Below are positions 37,791-48,800 of a DNA stretch of 64,000 nucleotides, piece by piece. This stretch comes from Acanthaster planci. Taxonomy: Eukaryota. The stretch is from contig NW_019091358.1 of assembly GCF_001949145.1 (NCBI RefSeq), positions 3,692,569-3,756,568 on the forward strand. The letters are read 5' to 3'. Numbering within the stretch: the first letter of the stretch is position 1; each line of letters begins with the position of its first letter. The position numbers and the translations under genes are program-made. Under the pieces are notes generated by a model, which was not told the origin of the DNA, ran no database searches, and saw only the letters and a program-made list of their open reading frames with translations.

Positions 37791-38571
37791 ATTTAACCAA
37801 TACGTATGAGAAACATTTAAATTTTTAGCTTCTTTTGCCAGACCAAGTTCTACAAATAATAAGTGCCAAGTTTTAAATAATAATGTTACAAGAATGCCAG
37901 TAAGCCTCGGGAAATATAGACCCCTTCTGGTCATTCTCAGTCCCTCGGGGACCTCGCGAGCGGGGACATAGGCGTGCACCATTGCCAGTCCACGTATTCA
38001 TAGAGCTAGCCCCCAATGTAAACTTCCCCAAAATCAAACCTACGAGGGGGCAAACAAATTTGGATTGTATAAACTTCTATTGCCTTTCTGGGGTTCACGT
38101 TTACATTTCGATGCTTTTTTCTCGATTTTGGAAGGAAAGGAAATGAAACAGACCTCCAAAATCGCCTGCCTCTCATTATTCCCCCATAACCCTTTCTTGA
38201 TTTTATGGGGCACGATTCCCTTTATTCCCGAGATACGGCCTTGCTTTCCATCACTGTGGATAGGCAATAATCTTTCCAAAGCCGAACACTTTTGAAAATT
38301 GTTAATCGAGAGGAGCTTATAGTTCCCCTGCGGTCCTGTTAAAGTGTTGTCAACAATTTTGTTTGTCCTCCTCCCGCTTAAACTAAGTTGTTTCTTCACC
38401 ACTGCTTTCAGTCAGGTTTTCACCGTTTCGATGAGCATAATGCATGTTTCCCGAAAGTGCGGTGCCCCTCAGTCTGAGGGCATTCAGTGAAGCAGTGGTG
38501 ATAAGTACGCTATTTCCCGGTAAAGTGTGTGGATGATAGGTGTACCGTATGGTGTTCCATATGTGCCATCC

Positions 38572-38680
38572 GGCGTCACATTTTTCGACGGGCGTCGCAT
38601 TTTTCGACGGGCGTTGCATTTTTCGACTGGCGTCGCATTTTTTAACTGGCGTCGCATTTTTCGACGGGCGTCGCATTTTT
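38572..38680. repeat. 19-bp tandem repeat (GGCGTCGCATTTTTCGACG), about 5.7 copies
   Basis: Subterminal array of the element above. One inverted copy is visible at 39930-39950, just after the gap. Confidence 0.95.
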
Positions 38681-39305
38681 CATTACTTCATCGGAACGAC
38701 CTATGGAGGCCAGTCATCGGTACCGCCAGCTTATTATAAAACACTCGAAAACTAGTCTAATAAAGAATGAAGTTATCTGTTGTGGAGATTCTCACACGTA
38801 CGGCAACATTTGTCACAGAAAAAAAGAAAATTAGACAGAAAGGTATGTACATGTACGTGCAACCCCAGGGTCAATCAAGAAGAAGCAGCTACGACGAAAC
38901 AGCCTTTTCAAACAGTGACACTTTTCAAACCCAAATCCACATGCAGTCCTCAAGACCTTGGGAAGTCATTTCGTTGAGTAATAAACACAAGCCCCCCCCA
39001 AAAAAAACAAAGAAAAATAAATGATCTCAAGCCCATGACCAGACGGCCTCCACCGGGGGAATGCCTGAACCACGGACCATTGCCTGAACAACTTCAAATG
39101 TGTGAAATACCTTTCTACCACTGTAATGAAAAAATAAGATCAGTTTGGCTTCCTCTGGACAGATTTTCATGGTTCAAAAAGTATTTTCGGAAAACTGTGC
39201 GTGATTTTGTATTGCTGACAACTTCTTTCAACCAAGAAAACGTAAAATATCTCAAAGTTATGGTGCGTGACATTTCTTCGCCAAGAGTAGTTACATTTTA
39301 AATTA

Positions 39306-39929
39306 NNNNNNNNNNNNNNNNNNNNNNNNNNNNNNNNNNNNNNNNNNNNNNNNNNNNNNNNNNNNNNNNNNNNNNNNNNNNNNNNNNNNNNNNNNNNNNN
39401 NNNNNNNNNNNNNNNNNNNNNNNNNNNNNNNNNNNNNNNNNNNNNNNNNNNNNNNNNNNNNNNNNNNNNNNNNNNNNNNNNNNNNNNNNNNNNNNNNNNN
39501 NNNNNNNNNNNNNNNNNNNNNNNNNNNNNNNNNNNNNNNNNNNNNNNNNNNNNNNNNNNNNNNNNNNNNNNNNNNNNNNNNNNNNNNNNNNNNNNNNNNN
39601 NNNNNNNNNNNNNNNNNNNNNNNNNNNNNNNNNNNNNNNNNNNNNNNNNNNNNNNNNNNNNNNNNNNNNNNNNNNNNNNNNNNNNNNNNNNNNNNNNNNN
39701 NNNNNNNNNNNNNNNNNNNNNNNNNNNNNNNNNNNNNNNNNNNNNNNNNNNNNNNNNNNNNNNNNNNNNNNNNNNNNNNNNNNNNNNNNNNNNNNNNNNN
39801 NNNNNNNNNNNNNNNNNNNNNNNNNNNNNNNNNNNNNNNNNNNNNNNNNNNNNNNNNNNNNNNNNNNNNNNNNNNNNNNNNNNNNNNNNNNNNNNNNNNN
39901 NNNNNNNNNNNNNNNNNNNNNNNNNNNNN
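39306..39929. other. Assembly gap (N run)
   Basis: Lies inside the IS3EU-like element and probably hides the right-hand subterminal repeat array. Confidence 0.95.
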
Positions 39930-40695
39930 CGCCCGTCAAAAATGCGACGCCGGATGGCACATATGGATCACCATAGTACCGGCTCGTCCCATGCCGTTCC
40001 TGCTCGCCAGCAGCGCGAAGGACACGACTGAGTCACTTTTTTGTTTGTGAAGAGATGGCCCAGCGGAAACGAAACTTGAACCCCGTGGACCCTGGACTTA
40101 TGACGTCACTGTCGGAACTGTTTTCGGTTGCTGTGTGGCCAGCCCGTTCCATACAATCAATAGTTCGGTCAATTGAGTCTTGCCAAAAACAGCAAGCGGC
40201 TGAAGTTCGGGAAGACGTGCGCGAACGTGACCTGGTAACACCGCAATGATGGTGCCTTCTCGGAAGTGGAAAGCCTTGGCAACAGCACCGTAATCGTATC
40301 TTAGTCACGAATGTACAACTATCAGATACGTCCGCGTGATCTTGGTGCGGGTCGGGGGAAGAGGAATGAATGAATTTTTTTATACGTGAAACAATCCCTC
40401 CCAACTCCACCTTCAGGGAAAGGTGATGGTACTGCTTTTAACTAATGCTGGCGCTGGCCCTAAAAATGGCAATAAGGCTCTTGGACCGGACATCCCCCAT
40501 AGGCCAATAAAGTGTAGCTGCAGTGAATTTTTCTTCGACACAACTTTTCTGCATCTTTGTACTTTTGTTCAGTGTATAAAAACTCTTACACACTCCTATT
40601 TGGTTAAATGCATTGAAAAGTGCACACTTTTAAACAATCAAAATTATCCACGTTCTCTTGGACAACTGAGGGCGCTGTTGCTATAAAGTCTCCTG

Positions 40696-41165
40696 GGGTA
40701 CAGTCCACTAATTCAAGCCCCATTGAAAACAGTGTAAAACCAGCACTGTTTAGGGCCCAATAACATGCACGCCAACATCCCTAAGATTTCTGAAACACTG
40801 AATGAAATTCTTGTCTGGTCACTAATCTTTCAATTTTTTTGTGGGTTGACCAATTACTTTTTTAATTATTCCCACAAAACAAAATCACCCCCCAAAAAGT
40901 GATTTTTCCGAAGTCTGATTGCAGCCATTTCTCAAGTGGCAACCCTCAACTTTTTCGGGCACTTAGACCATTTTTCAACCGTAGTTTTTAGCCATTCTGT
41001 TCTCATATGAAAGCTCAAAGACCCAGGGAGTTGATCCTGGCAAGGGTTTACATAATCTCACCATTTTGGGAGCCAAACAATCTCCTTGTTCAAAAGATAC
41101 TGCGGGGCACTTTTAATGCTAATGAGCTGGCCAGAAATTCTCACTTGAATTAGTGGTCTGCACCC
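40696..41165. mobile_element. PIF/Harbinger-type MITE (470 bp)
   Basis: 22-bp TIRs GGGT(A/G)CAG(T/A)CCACTAATTCAAG with a 3-bp TSD CTG (40693-40695 and 41166-41168). Confidence 0.8.
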
Positions 41166-42735
41166 CTGGGGAAGTCATGGTTCAGTGCATAGGTATTTAT
41201 TCACATTGCAATCCCAGAATTTACCGACTGAAAACATTTCTGAGAAAGGGATTGGTGGTTTCTTATTGTTATGCGCATAAAAAACAACGAATCAGCAAAA
41301 AGAGAAATATTAGTCCAAGGAAATGTTCAAAAACGCAGGACTTTTTGTGTACAAACCAATGTAACGTGGAGGCTTCTTCCTGAGATGATATCACAGTTTT
41401 GTCATGAATATAGATATACTCGTTAGCATAAAACAAAAGGCATTAAAATACCCTTTAAAATTGTGAAACCAACGTTGAAATAAGGTTAACTGAGGCACAA
41501 AGGTGCGTTTTACAGGTTTGTAATAAAAAAACATTGATTGCAGTAATAATGATAGGCGTGCGTACGTGTTGTATTTAGCCGTCGCGTGTTTAAAGCTTTG
41601 GCGCACCCTTTAATTTGGTGCGAGTAATAATATTGCAACTTTTACCCGATGTGTCTGCAACTGCGACTCGCGGTTCATTTCGTAAACACGGTGATAAAAT
41701 ATAAGGTGACCGTTTCTGGGAAGTGATTGTTTGTTGTGCAGTTTACATAGAGCCACCGTTCGTGGAATATATTACAGAGTAGATTAAAAGGTCGGTTGCA
41801 TTTTGTTCCATTCGAATTTCCTTGGGCATTCCACAACCATTACGAGAGTCATAAACGGACTGTTTGTCAGTACACCCAATCGGGGGGGGGGCTACTGTGA
41901 CCAATTGAACAAGCGTTCATTTCATACTTCTGATGTGCTACCCGAACTTTTCTGGATTTGCAAGTGGATATACGAGTCCACATGATATGGGCATGAGAAA
42001 ATTTGGGGCCGTGGTGAAACTTGCAACACTGGAGAGCAAACCATGTAGTCTATCCCAACATGCAGAAAAAAATACACTGACAGGCCTCAACGATAAAGCC
42101 GGTTAGTTGACAGTTCGATTTTTTGGGTTCATTTCATTCAAACCATGCATGTACTTAGCAACTTTGTTAATAGCTATCACATAAAATGATAAATGATTAG
42201 ATAAAATGATCAGGAAGGGTTTTGATTTCTCATAAAACTTAAACTCAACTCAACTCAAATTTACTTAACTTAACTAAACCAAAGAAATAGTTCATATACA
42301 GGTATAATAATTCATGGTGACTACAGAAAGTGGAGGGATCTCATAAGTGAAAATGAAGACTTAGCAACGGTTTCTTTCTTGGTTTTCCCCGCGGGCCGCA
42401 CGGTAAGCAGGAGCGTCGTCTGCAAGCGTATTTGCATTTTGACTTACAGGAACGAATTAGGCAATATTCATCCGATTAGTATCTCAGCATTGTACGTTTG
42501 AATGTCTTCCCTAAGGCAAATCATACTGACTTAAATGGGTGAAATCCTTTTTTCAGGATAATTTACAGTTAAAAATAGAATTGAACAATCCACTAGCTTT
42601 CCCCCTTTTCGGTGAAAATAGTACATGCGGAATGATACAGAGGACTTAAAGCCAACACTACGGTTTAAAGGTCAACAGCTGGTGTGATGACAGCCCGTGA
42701 CAAGGCGTACATACTTAGGCCGCGTGCTAGCCTCG

Positions 42736-42742
42736 TATAAAA
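42736..42742 (+). promoter_or_regulatory. Candidate TATA box of the A2M-like gene
   Basis: TATAAAA about 160 nt upstream of the ATG at 42896, which is in a good ACCATG context. Confidence 0.55.
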
Positions 42743-42895
42743 CTAGCACGCAGTGTGTGTGGGTTGACTACTTAACTTGGCACGAGTTGTGCTGAGACAC
42801 GGCTTCCCCACTTCGTCGAACCTTTCTCTGTGGTCGATTATTGCAGTGTTTTACAGCTCAGGTTGGTCAAGAGCCCCTGCAAACTTGTTGCAACC

Positions 42896-45800
42896 ATGAG
42901 GGGTGCCTTCTTTGCAGCAGCGCTGGCTCTGCTTCTGTTGAGCTGTGTGTCTGGGCAAGAAAGTCCCGAATTGCTACCGGGGCCAGATGAAGAACCTACG
43001 GAAGAACCATCGACAGAGCCTAGCAGGTAAGCATAAGCAGATAACACCAGAAGAAATAACCAACATCGTCATTATTGTACTTTCGGCACCCCCTAGAACA
43101 AGGTTTCCTTGTTAAGCTTGACCACCGGAGCCTGAGGTAGACATTTTTCCATAGCTTCCTACAACAAAAGTACTAGTCGTGCTTGTTCAATTGAAAGTAT
43201 GTTTCATAATCATATGTCAGTACGTGTGGGGTGAATGTAGTCCGATTAACTTGGGCTCTAACGTTACCATGGTTACAAATCGCCTTTTTAATTAAACATT
43301 TAGACATGGTCGGCCGGTAGTTAGTAGCTATTACCGCCCGGCTATGCCGAAATGTTAATTAAAAAGGCGATTTGTGGAGTCCCAGTAACTTGGACTAGGG
43401 AGTAGGGTAAATGTAAGTTTAATCACTGTTTTTGAAGTGGATAACTTATTTTTCTGTGGAGTGTGGTCATGATATCGATGGTATTCGTATTTTAGTTCTT
43501 TTGTTGAATTTAAGTTGAATCACCTTTTTGGTTATTATTTAGATCGTGCACTTTTCATTGTTGGGTCATGCAAATGGAGCTATACTTACATCATGTACAT
43601 GGGCAGAAATCATTCCATACATGGACACCACTGTTCCCTCCAGTGATAAACCCTCTGAAAACATAATGGCCTAAAAAGTCAAATTTTTGCAGGGAATATA
43701 TTGAGGTATTCCTTTCCAATGAAAATTTCTATTTGGCCCGATATCCAATTGTCTTTTGAAGTGGGTACAGTAAATTTAAACTCTCTTAGAACAAGGAAAT
43801 AATTTTCTTACTAACTTGTGGTTTGATATGTACATGTATGATGTAAGTGGAAGTAACTGTGATATGTCAAAATTTATCAACTTTAAAGACATTCACAAAT
43901 GCAAATGTGGGATTTGTTCAAGTGCTCCATGTAAAGGGACACTAAGCTGCATCTGCGCAATTTTTAGAGGCCACCTTTTTTGAATTCTGGAAAAATTTAA
44001 TGATGCTGAAATTGTTTGCCAAGATCCAACAGTAATTTGAGTTTTTTAAAGAGCTTGAACAAAATTGCACGAGAAAGGAGGGGGGAAATGCATGTATTGA
44101 AGTGTACCATGTAAGGGGACCCCTCTGTATATTGTACTACATTAAACACGAGTGAATTTATTGTTGAAAACTGTTCCTCCATCTGTTGGCTCTGTGTCGT
44201 CTGCGAGGAATGTCAAAACAAAGACCCCATGTTGCTTTCTGTGATGCATGCTAAACCTAATTCACAGAAAGAGTTGTCCATTATTATAGATTTTGCACAG
44301 GTGTTGTTTCCCCAAGCGAGAGTGTGCAATTCTAGATGAAAATCATACAACGTCAACTAAGCTGACCATGGTTTGAGTCCACTTTATTTGTCCACAATGT
44401 GTAAACCACTAGAACACTGGGTTCTTTCTTTAGTTTGATGTAAATGTTTTTTTTTTTCTCACACAAAGTTCATCCTTGGATCATCCTGAGGTTCAAGGAA
44501 ACTGAATAAGGTTTTAGATCCCTAATTTGTCAGTTGCTTGTTCCCTTGTGCACTTTTAAATCTTCAGTGTTGTGTACTCCTTGGTGAATCCCAACATCAG
44601 TATGGATCACCATTCTCTGTTATCACTTAAGCTGTTTGCAGCCAGTCTTTGTGGGATCTATGCCTTTCTTGGTAGTTGAGCTGTTCAGGCCTTTGTAGTT
44701 CCTAGTCCCATAACCAGGTGATTCTGAAGTGCTTTGTGTAATGTCAAAGTTGACAGACAAGAGACTTGGCTGTACTAAGCATCAGAGTGGTTTATTACGT
44801 GTACTTTCAGGGTAATTGCACACAAAGCCCTAAAATTTGTCAAGTTTACCACAATAGTGTTATGTAATAAACTGCATTTATACCCCATTTTAAACTACTT
44901 TTCTAAAGTTTGACTGTGGTGTTCATTACTTGGCCCAGTGAAATTATTGTAATAAAATTAACATGTGTGCCTTGAATCAAAGTACATGGAGTTCTCAACA
45001 TTGAGGTGAAGGATTGGGATGGGCTTATTGGATCTAAGGTCTGGATGGGGTATGGAGGAGGAGCTATATTGCAGAAAACCCCAGTTTTGGAAAAAATCTC
45101 AAATGTACATCCTCACATGTTGGTATTTTGTCAAATTACGTGTAAATCAGCTCAGAGGAGTTCTAGCGTTGTGAAACTTTTTACCGAGAAAAATATTTAA
45201 TTACCCCTAAAATGCTGTATGAAAGCATTTCATTTCCCTAAAGTGTTGCCAGAAGTTTACTCATTGTTTGACAAGTTATAAAGTTTCTACTTATTTTGTC
45301 AGAAAGAGGTTGGTTGCACTGTGTATGATTTAAAAATTTGTAACAGAAAGCTCATAAATTTAGTGCAAAGCCGGTTTTCATGCTGAGATGAATTTGTAAC
45401 ATTTCAAAGTTTTGGGAAAGGTGAGAGTACCTGTAATGTACACCAAGCCTATTGGCACTGTAATTGTTTGGGAAATTCGGCTGAAATTCTTAGAACAAAA
45501 TGTGAGTGAAGAAGAGAAAGTTAGTCAAGAGAGGGAGTTCGTTTCTTTTAAACACAGTGTCACAGAGTTTTAAAAAAGAAATTTATACTTCATGGATCTT
45601 CAGATACAAGTTATGGTTTCATTGAGATGCCAATATCTGCCTGTCCCTTCCCAGCCAAGCTTAAGAACTGCCTGTCCTCTCCCAGGAAATCTTTTGAAAA
45701 CTGACACCCCATTTTAGTGATACCAGGCCGTATTTCCACTGCATCCAGCATTATGGAAGGAAATAGGAAATATTGTTCACCGAAGTACATATACATGCCA

Positions 45801-48800
45801 AAGATTTATGTGGAAAAAACTTTGGGGCTTGTGAATTTGAGCGAGCAAAAATGCCCGTCCAAATTTGTTTGTGCTTGTCTTCAAAACAGATGGACAGGTG
45901 GCGAGATGGGGCAGTGCGATTAAGCTGTCTGTCCCGACTTTCTAGACTTCTGTTGATAATCTTGCCCAAGTCAACAAATTCCCTTTCTGATGCCAACCTT
46001 CCAGTCCTGTTTTGAAGAACAATATCATACTAAGTAATGAGCTTTCTTCCTTTTGGGAAGGGGGACGTTATTTCTTAGCCAGGCTTAGAGACTCGGCTCT
46101 GTTAAGTTACTGTCTAGGTCTTTGTCTTGTGGTTTTTCTATTTTGACTTCCAGAACTTGCTTGGCCAAAAACACCATTATCAATAGATCATCTTGAGTGG
46201 CATCTTTCCTGTTATCTAGGTCCATCGCTTTTCCTTACTTAGTGGGTGTACCTGCAACTAGTCAATTGCACATGTACATGTATGTTCTTAGCAAAAGAAC
46301 TGTTTAACTTTGTTCTAGAAGGCTTCTCTGATGAAGACCACATTTGACCCTGTGCTCCAGGTGCTTGCAGTACTATGGAAATGTCCATTCTGAAGCAATT
46401 TGTCAAGTGGTCAATTTGCAGCTGTCAATCAGTTCACTCACAAACTGAATGAGCTAGGGGGACCTCACGTTTATTTTACTACATGTAGCATAATCTTTTT
46501 TAAAGGTCTTTTTCTTTTAGAGAACTTACGCATGGAAGCAAAAGTCAGCAGAAAAGTCACAAATAATTAACTATAGATCTCAAACCTATGCCTTATTTTA
46601 CCATCACATTAAATGGCAAAAGTTAGGTGGAGGGTAACTGGCTGTCGCATACCAAGTTTGAGAAGACCGCCATGGAAGAACTTCCACTAGGTGAACTTTT
46701 CACCCCAATTTTCTGCCAATTGAATTCAAGGTTTACATTAGCTTCACCCCAAGTTAACCCCAGGTATAACCCTTATAGCAATCTTTCAGTGAGACAGTGA
46801 TAATGTCCTGCACTTAACCACATCACACAGTATATGGACCCCACATTATTTGTTTTGGTTGCAAAGCATTGAGGTGATGAGTGATATCAAGGAATGATGA
46901 TGTCTTTGTTGGTTATAGAGATGGGACAATGCACTTAAATTGCACTCACAATGTTATTTAACAGATTTGGTATGAATAAATTGATAATCTAAGTCATCTA
47001 CATGTACGTGTATCCACATGACACCCATATGAATATTATGACACGAGAAGGTAAAACACAATAGCAGTTTTGACAAACAGAGAGTGAGGGTGCAGGGGAG
47101 GAGGTCCTGACTTGCGAGGTGGACCTTGGTTTGTCTCCTCCCCCTTTTTGGCTTTAAGTTCACAAGGGACAGAATGTTAAACGCACATGAAGAAATACAT
47201 ATAAGTAGCTTGTCTTTTGTAACGGGCAATGGTAACAGCTACTGACAGATATTTGCAAAGTGCACCAGTACCATATTGTTTTGAAGGTCAGCATGCAGAC
47301 CCATGCACTTTACTTTCAAAGTCAAACTCTGGGTAACTCAAACTGCATGTAACTCAAATCTTCATGGAATTCCTCAGCCCTCGTCAGTGCAGTGAAATCT
47401 GGTTACGAAATAAAATAGGATGATGCATTGTTCAGTTGTGCGTATGCAGGAAGACTTGACGAGACCAAACAACTTTAGAAACAATTTGTTTTTTCTTTTC
47501 TTTTTTCTCACTAAGGTTTGATATAGGCTATCTGATCATGGCTCCCAAGGTGATGACGGCAGAGACCACTGAAATTGTCTGCGTCCGCCTGCTGAACATG
47601 ACAGGGCCCATCACCCTCACCATCAGCCTCTTGGAGAGCTCAGAGACCAGGGAGGTCCTGACCTCACTGCAGCCCTACTTCATGGAGTTCTCCTTTGCCT
47701 GCCTGAATCTGGAGGTCAGTTTCAGGTCTTTGGATTTCCCAGTGAAAAGTCCCAAACTGTGTTTTTCTTAACAGGTTGATGTTGCAGTATTGTGACTATA
47801 AAGTCAGTACATGTATGTGTAGTATTGTGCATAAACAGTGACATATATTTGGAAAGAAACGAACATGCTACTCAACATTTTCTACTACTGAAAGCCCTTT
47901 CCACAGAGCCAAAATGACTGAAAAATACACTGAGTAGTGTGGTCTGCACATTTTGAACAGGGGTTGATTTTGCTCTGTATTTAAAGGTTATTGTGAGAGT
48001 ATGCCTGGGATGCAGGGAAAGATTACAGAGATAGGTTACCAAAGTGATTTATAGGATTAGAAGGATTAAGTTTTGGTTTGGCAAGTGAGTTGATCAGGTT
48101 TTTTTTGTGGATTGTCCCTCCCTCCTTTCGCCTTTTACATGCAGGTTCCAGCCATTGATGGAGAACAAATAGAAGCAGTGTTCCAAGTTGAAGGACAGGC
48201 AGAGCTGGACGCTTCGCAAGCTTTCAGCGAGAGCAAGAGGATTTGGATTAGAGGAAACAACTGGGAGAGCTTTATCCAGACTGACAAGTCCATCTATAAA
48301 CCAGGGCAAACTGGTAGGTGGTCTGTTTATGATGCTTGGCTTATGCACTTTTTTGTAAGTTACTCTCAAAATTATGACTGTTGATCAGAATTTATTGAAT
48401 GGTGTAAACCTTTCGATTAAGCCATTTATAAATGCAGGATTTAACATGGAATCCTCTTCTGTTGTCGGAAGAAAAAATTTGTGGAGGCTTTTGCTGAATT
48501 TAAATGCTACTTACAGAAAATTAGAGTACATTATTTTTATTTGATCATGTTGGCTGTCACAGCTCAGTACTCAGTATTGATACATGTCTGAGCCTCACCT
48601 TTTAACAAAATATTTAGAAAAGAATAACAGTGTCGGGAAAAACATACTGGGGAAGTAGCATGACACATGCCAAGTTGCGTTAACCACAAGAGTGCATCAC
48701 CTGACATTCACACTGAAGGACAAAGAGAGGAAATAAAGTTGTAGTGATGTAACGTGGTGGTACGAGGGCGTGAGAAACATTTCACCGAACCAGTGGCATT

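Larger units (their letters stand above)
38548..39975. mobile_element. Non-autonomous IS3EU-like DNA transposon with subterminal 19-bp tandem repeats (interior partly in a gap)
   Basis: TIR TATGGTG(T/A)TCCATATGTGCCATCCGGCGTC.CATTTTT at both ends, with a perfect 6-bp TSD GTACCG (38542-38547 and 39976-39981). As I recall them, TAY..RTA termini and a 6-bp TSD are the described hallmarks of IS3EU. Confidence 0.8.

Noticed and set aside
40033..40410. 125-aa minus-strand ORF in CpG-rich intergenic DNA
   Set aside because: No recognisable homology or splice structure; lies among transposon remnants.
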